The position numbers and the translations under genes were made by a program. DNA of 64,000 nt from Zygnema circumcarinatum SAG 698-1b (Eukaryota > Plantae > Zygnematophyceae), in the NCBI GenBank assembly GCA_037447605.1, contig CM074809.1, positions 548,689 through 612,688 of the forward strand, written 5' to 3'. The notes under the pieces were generated by a model that saw nothing but the letters and a program-made list of their open reading frames with translations, was not told where the DNA came from and did not search any database. Below, in pieces: positions 52,832-63,973 of this stretch. Every line of letters begins with the position of its first letter. The first letter of the stretch is position 1.

Positions 52832-55800
52832 NNNNNNNNNNGAGAGGGGGAGAGGGGGAGAGGGAGAGAAGGAGAGAAGGAGAGAGGGAGAGAGGGAGAG
52901 AGGGAGAGAGGGAGAGATGGGAGTAAGTAAGGTGTGTATGTAATGAGTGTGGAAATGGTGTGGCATTGATCTCACCCTCTAATGGTTGCCAACCATTCCA
53001 TTGGAATGGTTGGCAAGCATTCGATCATAGCTATTGGACCCAATGGTTACCAACCATTGAATTCAAGGTTACCAATGATTGGTAACCCACCAACATACAC
53101 ATACGACACAATCTTGAACCCACCAATGGTCCCGGATCATTGGAATGGTTGGCAACCATTGGATCCAATGGTTCCAAACCATTCGAATGGTTGTTTCGTT
53201 CTGGCGCTATTGGTTCGGAACTACTTTCATGTCTGCCAAGTATTGGTACCAAAGGTTGGCAATGGTTGGCAACCATTGGCGTAGAATGGTTCCAAACCAT
53301 TCGAATGGTTGTTTCAGTCCAGCGCCAATGGTTGGCAACCATTCGAATGGTTCCTCTTATGGACCGACCTGTAAATATGTTCAATTCCTGTAGCGCGTGC
53401 TACAACAGTGCTACAGCCACCATGGTGCATGCACCTAGTGTCTCAGCCGTACAGCTAATTGTACAGCCAGTTGTACGAACCGTACGGTCGCCCGTCCCTA
53501 GCGCCTCTGCGCTTGGACGGACGTGCGGCGACCTCTGACACCTCTGACAAGCGGCAGAGGTCGGCCAACCCGCGCCACATGGCGCTTCCCATTGGCTGGC
53601 CCCCCTCCCTGATCAACAAAGGGTTGGAGGGGGGCCGTCGTGGGGCCTCCACGGGGGGCTCACTCGGAGCTCGCCGGAAGTCATGTCCAGCATCGCATTG
53701 CATTCAGAGAAAGAGAGGAGGAAGGGCGGGCTGAGGAGCCTCCTCGCAGCAATGCCCGTGGAAAGGCCATGCCCACCTGCGCCTCCGCGAGCGCGACCGC
53801 CGCCGGGGGGGGGCCGCGCCACACGCCGTACGCGCCCTCCACCGCGGCCACCGCCGCGAACACCGCGCACGACCCTGGGGGATGCCGCGCAGGGGTTAGG
53901 GTTAAAGGTGTGAGGGTGAAGGGTTTATGTTTGAGAGTTTAGGATTAGGATGTGACGGTGGAGGGTGTAGAGTTTAGGGTTGAGGGTTGAGGATCGAGGG
54001 TTGAGGGTTTAGGCACCGCATGCGCCCTGGTCCTTGGCGGGGCCGAAGTACGGGGACCAGTCGACGGCGGGCGGGAGGGCTTCCGTCCAGCTCGCGTGCC
54101 GCGACAGCACGTTCAGGCGCGTTGTGCCGATATCGCTGCCTGCGGGCGGCGCCGCCAGCCCGGACGGGGCTGCACGCACGCGCGCACAGGGGCAGGGCAG
54201 GGACAGGGACGAGCGCTCAAGGGGCAGGGCAGGGCAGGGCAGGGGCAGGGACAGGGACAGGGACGAGCGCTCAAGGGACAGGGCAGGCGGTGCAAGCACC
54301 ACTCCCGCCATGCTCACTCAAAGCCACGGGGATACTCACAGGCTAAGTTGTTGACAAGTGCACGGCGAAGAGGCAGCCACAGCTGGTTGGCGTTGTCGGG
54401 AGCATCGGCAGACTTGCAATACCACTGCTTCGAATACTCTCCACTACGGTATCCGGTAGCGTCGAGGCACAGGCCGGAGTTCACGTTCTGCCATTGAACG
54501 GAGAAATCCACAGAGCTGCTGAAGATGGGCGTCCACAGCTGATTGCTACCGCCATGGCATGCTGCAGCCCATCCGGCCACCCCATATAGACATCAGACAC
54601 AGAGATCAGAGATTTGAAACTAGTCAGCCAGAGTCTAAGAAATGTCTATGGCATTCGGAGAATCGTTGAGAGAAGCATCTGGACAAATCTGCCGTTGCTC
54701 ACTTGCTATGCTTTCTTATTTTGAAGCTGTTTCAGGTCCAAATAGTCAACACAAGTATTCAGCTAACGTCGACTCTGTTTAGGACCACGAAAGCTCAATT
54801 ATGCAGTGTGCATTGGTTTTAACCAGGGTGGGAGCTCACTCAATATAACCAACAGTTCGCCAGCAGTCTTGCTACCGCCTGGGATGGCCAAACACGTTCC
54901 TCTCGTCTGCTGAAAGGAGTAAGCGCTTCCGACCTTGTTGAGGAACCACAGGGCTCCGACGTTACCATCAAATCTGTCAGGACCTGCAATCCGCAACAGA
55001 TTTTCTTTGTTCAGAAAGAGAGAACTATATGTGTATCTAAAGTAAGCCAAAAGAAATGCAACTCATGGAGAAAAAATCAGCAGTGCTTGGGGCGTGCATG
55101 CTGCATGCTACATGGGCTAAATAAATTGTAGCCACTTGAACAAGTTAGAAACTATTGTGAAAGTTGCATTGGCAGGAACAGGTTAAGGATATTTCAAGAT
55201 AATTCCACTCATCTGTACGGTAATACTTACAGTCAGAAAACTGAACGCGAACTCCCAAAGCAGAATTGTTGCCTTCGGCAAACCACACGTTGAACGAATT
55301 CGAGGGCACGATGAGAAAGTTCCCTATTGAGCGATCGGTCCAGAGCTTGAGATTCACTGCAAGCACAGAAACATGGAATTAATATGTGTACATTTGCACA
55401 GGGCGAGAATAATGTAGAGAGAGGACGAGGAGAGAGAAAGGGGGGCGAGAGGGAGAGAGCGGGAGAGAGAGGGAGAGAGAGAGGTAAAGAGAAAAGGTGT
55501 GCGAGATTGAGGGAGCAAGGAGAACGAGAGACAAGGAGAGAGCCAAGTGCATCAGTGGGTCAACTGACTATCATTTGAAACAACCGGAGTCAATGTAATG
55601 TGTTCTTCAGGTTTGTATGTACGCAGGCCACAAAAGAGTACCTGGCGGCGGAGGTGGTGGAGATGGTAGACCTGCACAATGAAGGTACACATGTTAACTT
55701 TCAAGCCTCAGGGCCGGATCCAATATTTTAGTTCAGGGGGATGAGATCCAAGATTTCAGTTGAGGGACGGCTGACTAAGTTGGGAAAAGAAAACTCATAT

Positions 55801-56327
55801 TCGAGCTAGTGGCTAACAACTTTTGAAACCCGAGGGGCGCTAAGCGCCCCTTAAAGCGCAACCTTGAATCCGCCACTGTCAAGCCCTTAAGCAGAGCAGC
55901 TTCAAACGATTTTGAAATCACCTTGATCCCTCCAAAGGAAATAAAACGCCAATGCCACATTCCTGCTGTTTCCAAAGCTGTGGTCAATTTGCTGAAGAAA
56001 GAGAGACGTAGACATTGCAGAGAGAAAGGAGGAAGTTGAGAGCGACCGCACCTTCCGAACCCTGTTATTGGTAACAGAGAGAGAGTGGAGAGTGGAGAGT
56101 GGAGAGTGGAGAGTGGAGACTGGAGACTGGAGAGTGGGGAGTAACTGGTGTAGCCGCGCAGAAGTTTCCTATTTCCCTTTCGACCATCCCTCCCCCTTCC
56201 TCCTTTCCTCCCTTCCTCCCTTCCTCCCTTCCTCCCTCCCCTCCCCCCTCCCCCCTCCCCCCTCCCCCTCACCTCCAACGCCGCGCCACAGCGCTACCAG
56301 GAGCGCCCATAGGAGCAGCGCCGCCAT
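46517..56327 (-). CDS. Modular protein copy 2: signal peptide - Pro linker - ricin-B lectin - papain C1A - EGF x2 - LysM x4 (hevein reduced to a relic)
   Basis: Exon-by-exon paralog of copy 1. First exon 56273-56327 encodes MAALLLWALLVALWRGVG with a phase-1 GT donor. There is an extra intron 52428-53776, and one EGF Cys is changed to Phe. Confidence 0.8.
49744..50464. mobile_element. Solo LTR, 721 bp, in a protease intron of copy 2
   Basis: TGTCAG...CTGACA termini with an exact 5-bp TSD CAAAC (49739-49743, 50465-50469); absent from the equivalent intron of copy 1. Confidence 0.85.
50033..52560. repeat. Apparently identical 1259-bp direct duplication (50033-51291 = 51302-52560) across a 10-N gap
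   Basis: Constant 1269-bp offset with identical ORF translations in the track; probably a scaffolding artefact. Confidence 0.85.
50596..50918. mobile_element. MITE-like element, 323 bp (duplicated at 51865-52187)
   Basis: Perfect 22-bp TIR GGTGGGTTTCCATCAGCCCGTT; flanking duplication CAGAG (or AGA with a 23-bp TIR); absent at the paralogous site of copy 1. Confidence 0.85.
52981..53360. repeat. Array of 17-bp palindromes AATGGTT-NNN-AACCATT
   Basis: At least 6-7 copies, for example at 52981, ~53145, ~53167, ~53262, ~53286 and ~53326. Confidence 0.85.
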
Positions 56328-57210
56328 CGGCGTTAGCTCTGACGCGTGGCAGCTGCTGCTCCTCCTTTACCTCCTCCTCCTGCTGCTCCTCCTTTACCTC
56401 CTCCTCCTGCTGCTCCTCCTTTGGCCCTCTCTAGAGCTCAGTAAGAGGATGCTTCATTTGCCATTGGCCTTCCCTGCCTTTATCCCCATACTGGGCCTGC
56501 TGCCAAGTAGAACGGACAGCGGTTGCTGGTTGGCCGATTCCAGGCGGCGGCGTCCGCACCCGCTAGCTGCCAAAATGGCTCGCTTCGTCAACCCGGGTCT
56601 TGCGTGCTCACGGCACTAGGCCGTACAGAGATGACGGCCGCCGCTGCGCGCGGTGGCTGTACTCGTGGCGCGGCGACGGCTGTACACGTGGCAGGCGGCC
56701 GTACACGCTGTCCTTGCCCCTGGCAGACCAACGGACGTCATTGGTCCACCTGGCGCGCCGGTGGCTGTACACGTGGCAAGGTCGGATGGCCTTCGGCCGT
56801 CCACGCGTGTACGAATTCCCGCCCTTGCACGTGCCATGTCATCATCCACGTCAGCATCTGCTTTTTCATTCTCTTGTAAGGTGCCTGTGCTTGTATTGTG
56901 GACTTGGACAGAAGAAGTTCTAATGCACAGCTTTTGGAGAATCGCAAAAGCTTGCAGATAACAGAAAACGTCCTCTACTTGGTGTATCGATCTGTCCTAT
57001 GTGTTTGGCCCGATATGTAGCCAATGAATTCACATAGGTACAGCCCTCGGAGGGCAGTTAATACTCCAATGTATTTCTTTTATTGTTCCTTGTCATTCCT
57101 TGTGTGTCTATTATATTTCAACAGTCTGGCGAGATTACCCCCTGCTACCAGTATTAAGCTGATCCATGAATTAAAAACCTTCCCTCCTCTTTTCAGGACT
57201 GCTTATTCAG

Positions 57211-57990
57211 GATGTGGCCGGAGTTGAAGAAGAATGTCGATGGTGTGCCCAAAGCAAGACTCTCGTTCTTAGTGATAATTCAACATTGCAAAAGCATTGG
57301 AAAAGCATTGGAAAAGCATTGCAATTTCGTTTTTTGTGTACAATGCATGAAGAGAAACTTCGGCTTAAAGCAAATTAGTTGGCTTTCGAGGATTCTTTGA
57401 TCTCCACTCCATGGCCTCTGCATGTCCTGAAACTAGATGGTGGTGGGATAGCTATTCTTCTAATGCTGGGAGCCATACATTGGGAGCATGACAGGTCCAA
57501 CAAGAAGAGGCTGAGGAAAATAATGGATCAGAGTCAGAGTCAGGAGGTGCACTTGAAAGAGCCACTGGAAGAGGTACACTACCTACCCTTTGCCCTTGTT
57601 TCTATTGCCCTTAACTTATTCCTCTGAAATATAAATCTATGCAGGTCAGAGGGGGCATAATTACTCCGAATGAGAGGTCACTGACTCGAATATCTTTCTC
57701 CTTGTCGGTTTTCCTTTGTGCCTGGCAGGAACGACGAGAGAGAATCGCTTTTCGCACAGCTGAGGCAGCAGAACGTGCGATTAGAGCGAGGAAAAGGGCG
57801 GCGAATCCCTCTGTTCAGGGTGATGATTAGGAAGTGTATGACGAGGAAGAAGGCGATCTGCAGAAAGGAATCTCCGTCAACAAGGCTCGAGACGATAATG
57901 AAGAGCGCATCAGAATCGATCCCCTGCTCTCGAAGCAGCTGAAGCGTCATCAGAGCTCCCATTTTTCAGAAAACGTTCTCCAAAACAAGG
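57211..57990 (+). pseudogene. ATRX-like SNF2 chromatin remodeller fragment
   Basis: DVAGVEEECRWCAQSKTLVL resembles the ADD-domain D..G.E..CRWC motif. ISVNKARDDNEERIRIDPLLSKQLKRHQ...ENVLQ resembles the entry to the ATRX helicase domain. There is an in-frame TAG at 57828-57830 and no helicase motif I follows. Confidence 0.5.
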
Positions 57991-58216
57991 TCGTCTGGCG
58001 GTCGTGCAAACCTTGTTGTGCCGGCCATGTCAGCGCCACGTCGGCGCCACGTAGGCAGAACGCGCCCCGATGAAGCCTCCGTCAAATCTCTGAACCCCTC
58101 ATTCCTTCGGACCATAAACCCCGATGAAGCCCACAGGGACCAGTCAGCGCCGAACGAGTGAGTGCCAAAGACACGCATGGGTGCATAGATAGGATTGGTC
58201 AGTGGCGTAGTAGTCT

Positions 58217-58537
58217 TTAGCCGACGCAGTTTGCCACCCTCGAATTGTTACAAAAGCACCCCGCCGGCCGCTTCACGCAGAGGACGGTGCCCGCGGGCCA
58301 TCCCGACCCGAGGCACAGGCTCGTGGAGGGGCCCATGCACTGCTGCCACGTGGCCTGCGATGTCGCCCCGCAAAATCGCTGAATCACAACTCGACATGTG
58401 TCTGACTTCTGCCACGTGTAATAGGGTGTGCATGCGGTCGGCATCACCTGCGGTGCAGACCTGGCGCAGACCACAGTGCGGACCTGCCCTCCCCAGCAGA
58501 GCACGCAAAGGAGAACGAGGAGGCGCAGCACCTCCAT
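58217..58537 (-). CDS. Small secreted Cys-rich LysM-like protein, 106 aa, single exon (copy 3)
   Basis: MEVLRLLVLLCVLCWGG signal-like peptide fused in frame to ACTPYYTWQKSDTC...CVKRPAGCFCNNSRVANCVG, a close homolog of the last exon of copies 1 and 2. Confidence 0.7.
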   Translation of the reverse strand: MEVLRLLVLLCVLCWGGQVRTVVCARSAPQVMPTACTPYYTWQKSDTCRVVIQRFCGATSQATWQQCMGPSTSLCLGSGWPAGTVLCVKRPAGCFCNNSRVANCVG

Positions 58538-59359
58538 CTGCGTTAGCTCTGACGCGTGGCAGCTGCTGCTGCTCCTCCACGAGAAGAACCAACCGCCTGC
58601 AGCTGCTCCCCCTCCTCTTGGCGCCTTCACACACACACACCGCCACAAGCAGGAGCTCGGAGGGCCTCTTTAGAGCTCAGTAAGAGAATGCTTGATTTGC
58701 CATTGCTTTTCACTACCTTGATCCCCATATTGGGCCCTGCCAACTGGACGGGACAGCGGTTGCTGTTTGGCGCAGCTTCCAGGCTCCGCCGCACCAGAGG
58801 AAGGAAGGAAGAAAGGTCGCTTTCTCAAACCGCGTAAAACCGAGTCTTGCCGGTCAAACGACGGTCAGGGCCTGGCGAAGCTGACGGCCGCCGCCGGCCG
58901 GTAACAAAATGACACAGAACCGTATGGCACAGGCTGGCCGGGGCCAGCCAAAGAATGTCAGGTCCACATGGCGCGCCGATGGCTGCACACGTGGCAGACA
59001 GGTACACGCGGTTTTCGCCAGGCAGGTCCAACGAATGCCATTGATCCACGAGGCGCGTCGAGGGCTGTACACGTGACAAGTGGCGGGACAGGCGTTAACG
59101 TGTCCCCCGCGCAACATCCATATGGACCGCTTTTAGGGTTTTTTTAGATCCTAAAACCCTTAAACCACATTTGTCGTGACTCTAGTTCCACTTTTTGCTA
59201 CCAACCGACGCGCACACGCGGCTGTCGGTGCCGCTTGTCTTTTTCACCATCACGCGGTTCTGACGACATTAGTATACGTCAGCGTCAGCATTGTGCTGAC
59301 GATTACTGACGTACAAACCGACACACCAATTTCCACCGACATTGCACCGACATTTACCT

Positions 59360-61010
59360 TGCGTTTCGTATCGTATCGTATCGTATCGAAACCAAGAACA
59401 AGGGAGAAAGAGTGAGCGCCTCTTACGGCGGCACGTGCGGGGAGATTAGTTGAGTTTTGCGTACAGGGGGTCCTCGTCATATTTTCCACCTTCAACAGTG
59501 CGTCACCAATAAATTCGGGAAAATGATACAGGCGCCCCACTTTTTGGATATCCGCGCCCCTTTCGTGAAAAAACTGTACTTTCATTTTGGCTAATCACGC
59601 CCCCCCCCCTTGGATCTTTTGGGAGGAGAGATCTTGTAGACAATCGGACCCCGCGCCTCGCGCGCAGGATCCGACTGTGCACCGACGTACGGCACCGCGT
59701 ATCGCGGCGTGGCCCGCGAGATGCGGCGAGCCTACGGAAACGTTGTCCTCACCTGACCCTTTTGGGTCAGAGGTTGTGACGTGGCAGTCTACCATTGGAC
59801 AGCCTTGCTGCCGGTCCCCCATGCCAATACAGTGGACCCCCATAATATTTTCCACCTTGTACAATGCGTCCCCAAGAAATTCGCCCCGATTTTGCCGAAA
59901 CCACCTTTTTGTACGGTAACTCAATGTTAACGTATTAGGGGTGTTAACTATAGATCCGTATTATACACTTTGAAACAGTAACGCAAACTTTCATTGAACT
60001 CGCGAACTTTGAGGTTCGATACAATGTATAATACAGTATTAATACAGTGTTAATATTGTATAATACCTTAACGCAACTGTTAACAGCCGTACAATCGGAA
60101 CATAGATCCGTACGAAAATTATGTACGGGAGGGGTGTACAAACATGTACGGACAAGTCACACGTGTTGAGTGTTTGGCAAGTGACGTGACTTGGAAAGTG
60201 CTGGAATTTCAATATTATAATCAAATTTTGTTCAACTAACCACGAAAATAAAAAAAATACGTTAAATACATTAAAAATACACTGTATTTTTAAAATGTTG
60301 TATAATACGCATGTAGTATACAGTGTATTAATACACGCGTTTGATACATACGGATCTATAGTGTTAACCTAACCTGACCTATTCTCCAATACAAAATCTG
60401 TTAATCGAAACGGATTTCAAACATGGGTCACGCTTTCACGCTGTACGGTAAGTACGAATAGAATTTCCAAATCGTACGGTATAGGTACGGCACCAATAGG
60501 AGCTCGTGTATCTAAAGCACGGTACGATACGATACGATACGATACGTACGGACATACATAAACTCTAACATAATACCGCTCGCCTATTGGTAACACGGAC
60601 CTTATATTTGCAAATTGCAATATTTTTGCGCAGTATTTGCCGATACCATGGCGAAAATATTATGGGGGTCCACTGTATCGGCATGGGGGACCGGCAGCAG
60701 GGCTGTCCAATGGTAGACTGCCACGTAGCAACCGCTGACCCAAATGGGTCAGGTGAGGACAACGTTTCCGTAGGCTCGCCGCATCTCGCGGGCCGCGCCG
60801 CGATGCGCGGTGCCGTACGTCGGTGCACAGTCGGATCCTGCGCGCGAGGCGCGGGGTCCGATTGTCTACAAGATCTCTCCTCCCGAAAGATCTAAGGTGG
60901 GGGCGTGATTAGCCAAAATGAAAGTACAGTTTTTTCCCGAAAGGGGGCGCGGATATCCAAAAAGTGGGGCGGCTGTATCATTTTCCAAATAAAAAAGAAA
61001 AAAACTCGTT
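59360..61010. mobile_element. Foldback-like non-coding element, copy 2 (inverted arms ~59519-59850 / ~60655-60988)
   Basis: Colinear with 12770-14033 apart from a 414-bp insertion in the spacer. Confidence 0.75.
59948..60361. mobile_element. AT-rich MITE-like insertion, 414 bp, nested in the foldback element
   Basis: 14-bp TIR CTATAGATCCGTAT with TGTTAA duplicated on both sides; the empty site GGGGTGTTAACCTAACC is visible at ~13405 in copy 1. Confidence 0.88.
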
Positions 61011-61236
61011 CCACAATTTCTCAACCTGTTCGTTTGTCGCTTTTAGCTTGTTCCGGCCACGGGAGCGGCTTGTGTCCAATCAGCACCTGCCACGTGGCAC
61101 GCCATGGCGGGCCTGAAGGGGCTCCTGCGAGCCGCCGTCGCTCCCCCTCTGGCTCTGAACCCTAATCTGAGGTCCCCGGGAAGGGGTGCTGAACCCTGCG
61201 CCTCCCGCCTCCTCTCCCTCCTCCTCCGCGGAAGCC

Positions 61237-63973
61237 ATGAATGGTGGGGCCCCTTCGGTAAGGCTCAGGAGCTGTGTTCAGGGTTCAGGGTTCAGGGGGC
61301 AGGGTTCAGGGTTCAGGGGGCAGGGGGCAGGGGGCAGGGGCAGGGGGCAGGGTTCAGGGTTCAGGGGGCAGGGGGCAGGGGGCAGGGGCAGGGGGCAGGG
61401 GGCAGGGGCAGGGGGCAGGGGCAGGGGGCAGGGGCAGGGGGCAGGGGGCAGGGGCAGGGGGCAGGGGGCAGGGGGCAGGGGGCAGGGGGCAGGGGGCAGG
61501 GGGCAGGGGACAGGGGGCAAGGGGCAGGGGGCAGGGGGGCACTTCTAGGGTTTATGATTGAAAGTCTCAGAGATGCGGGCCACTAGGTTCAGGGTTTAGG
61601 TAGGGTTCAAGAGTTCAACCCTACAGGGTTTTGGAACAGGATTTAGGGTCTAAGGTTTAAAGGTTCAAGGTGGAACTTCTAAGGTTTCTGAACAGGATTT
61701 AGGGTTTATGGTTTAGAGGTTAAAGATGGAGCTTTGAAGGTTTCTGAACAGGATTGAGGGTTTGTGGTTTAGAGGTTCAAGTCGGAGCTTTAAGGCTTCT
61801 GAACAGGATTTAGGGTTTATGGTTTAGAGTTTCAAGGTGGAGCTTTTAAGGTTTCTGAACAGGATTTGGGGTTTATGGTTTAGAGGTTCAAGGTGGAGCT
61901 TTGAAGGTTTCTGAACAGGATTGAGGGTTTGTGGTTTAGAGGTTCAAGTCGGAGCCTTTAAGGCTTCTGAACAGGATTTAGGGTTTATGGTTTAGAGGTT
62001 CAAGGTGGAGCTTTTAAGGTTTCTGAACAGAAATTCAGGGTTTATGGTTTTAGGTTCAGGGTCCAGGATTTAGGGTTCAGGTCGTTAGGGTTCAGGAAGG
62101 TGTAGGCAATCATTGGTCACTTCCAGACTCAGGGTTCAGAGTTTTGCCCTGACGCTGACGTGGCTGCTTACGTCAGGTGGCGTCCATGGGCCGCTGGCGT
62201 GGCGAATGTCGATTGGCCGGAAGGGATGGCGCATGAAATCCTCGGTGGTGACGTGTGCGGAGGTATTCTATGACGTAAGATAACTGTGCGCTGTTCAGTT
62301 TTGTTCGGGCTCTAGAAGAAGTCAATTTATTGATTTGTTTGACTTGTTTGCTTGACTTGACTTTTTGGACTTGGTTGACTTTGTTGACTTGACCGTGAGG
62401 CTTGGTTTACTCGACTGACTTAACTTGACTTTGCAGGGCGCATTTGTTGTTGTTGCTGTTTTTTTTTTTTTTTTCACACAAATTGTTGTCGATGATGACA
62501 TATTTGACTTACATGAACTTGAAATTGGCATTTTTTTTTTTTCTCTCTTATCTTTAGATTATGACCCATCTTTTCTTTTTTTTTCTTTCTATTTCTTCCG
62601 TCGCCATTGCCTGCAGGATGTTTTCTATTCGACAGTGGAGTTAGATCGAGCAGCTGAAAAGAGGTCCGATGAAGCATGGCAAACTGAAGTGCTTTCTAAT
62701 CCGGAAACTGCAGTAAGAACTTTCAAACCACCTTTTCTTTTTAAGTCTTTTCTTTTTCGGAAGTTGGAAGTTGTACATTTCATTTTCAAAGCTAACTCGG
62801 AAGGGTTCAAGCATCGTCCCGTTTCTTTCTCTCCTGCAGATTATTCCAGTTTGGAAGGGAAAGAGTTTGGTGAGCAATGAAGGGAGTGGTGTTTTTCTCA
62901 ATGGAGAGGAGACTCAGAGCATGCTCAAAGAGGGCCTGCTCTCCTCTCCCATCTTTTTGGGAATAAAGCGCGGAACAGATGCGGCAATTTTTGTTTCTGA
63001 GGTCTGCTGGAATGAAAGGTGCAGAACAGCTTACTCTCTCTCCGGTTTCGCTTCTCCTTTTCTCGTCTACCTTCTCCCACCTACTCCATCTCCCTCTACT
63101 GTCGCCTTCCTCGCTCCTCACTCCCTTCCCTTCCCCTAAGAATCGCCCACTTTAATGCCCCTCCCTTTTCCCTCCTCTCACCTCGCACTCCCCCAACCTC
63201 TCACCCATCTCCTCCTCATCCCACCCTCCCCGCTCTCCGTCATCCTTCCCCTTTCTCCCTCTTGTCCCGCCTCTTCCACCCCCTCCCCCTCGTCCTGCCT
63301 GTACCCCCTTCCCATTCCCCTGCCGCGCTTTCCGTACTCCTCCAGCGCACTTCCCCTCCCTTCCTCTCTTCTCCCTCGCTCCCAGCTTCCCTCCTACCCC
63401 CACCATTCTCCCCCCCTTTCCTCTCCCTCTGCCCTCTCCATTTTTCCCCCACTCCCCCTCTCCCCGTCTACCCCTCTCCCCTTCTCCCCTTCTCCCCCTC
63501 CCTTCCCATCTTCCCCTCTTCCCCTCTCCCCTTCTTCCCCTCTACTCCCCCTCCCCTCTCCCCATCTCCCCCTCTTCCCTCTTCCCCTCTCCTCCCCCTC
63601 CCCTCTCCCCGTCTCTCCCTCTTCCCTTATCCCATTCTCCCCTTCCCTCCCCCTCTCCCCCTCTCCCCCCCTCTCCTCCCCCTCCACTCTCCCCGTCTCT
63701 CCCTCGTCCCTTATCCCATTCTCCCCTTCCCTCCCCCTTTCCCCCTCTCCCCTTCTCNNNNNNNNNNCCTCCCTCCCCCTCCCCCTCCCTGCCCCCCTGA
63801 CAGGCCTCCCGCTGTGCCCGGCGCAGTGCAGTGCAGGCGGCTCGGAGCCCCCCCTCTCCCTCTCTTCGGGGCGCGTCTGGGCGGACCTCCGCCGCGCGGG
63901 GCCGGCGCTGCCGCCCGGGGAGGCGGCGCTGCTCGCGTACGGACGGGGGCTGGGGGAATGGCACGCGCGGAAT
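61237..63973 (+). CDS. NudC/NUDT12-type NADH pyrophosphatase (Nudix), N-terminal exons; continues past the window edge
   Basis: Exons 62617-62712 (ELDRAAEKRSDEAWQTEVLSNPETA), 62840-63001 (IIPVWKGKSLV...) and ~63827-63973 (WADLRRAGPALPPGEAALLAYGRGLGEWHARN) are all phase 0. The first exon 61237-61257 (MNGGAPS) is tentative. Confidence 0.72.
61310..61540. repeat. G-rich (GGGGCA/GGGGGCA)n tandem repeat
   Basis: More than 30 G4-5 runs separated by CA. Confidence 0.95.
61634..62070. repeat. 56-bp satellite, ~8 units
   Basis: GAACAGGA unit starts at 61634, 61690, 61746, 61801, 61857, 61913, 61969 and 62025. Confidence 0.93.

Noticed and set aside
61634-62070. CRISPR array
   Set aside because: Units are head-to-tail with no unique spacers, in a eukaryotic context with no cas genes.
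63152-63800. G/E/R-rich ORFs near the right edge
   Set aside because: Translations of a C/T-rich intron containing an N gap.
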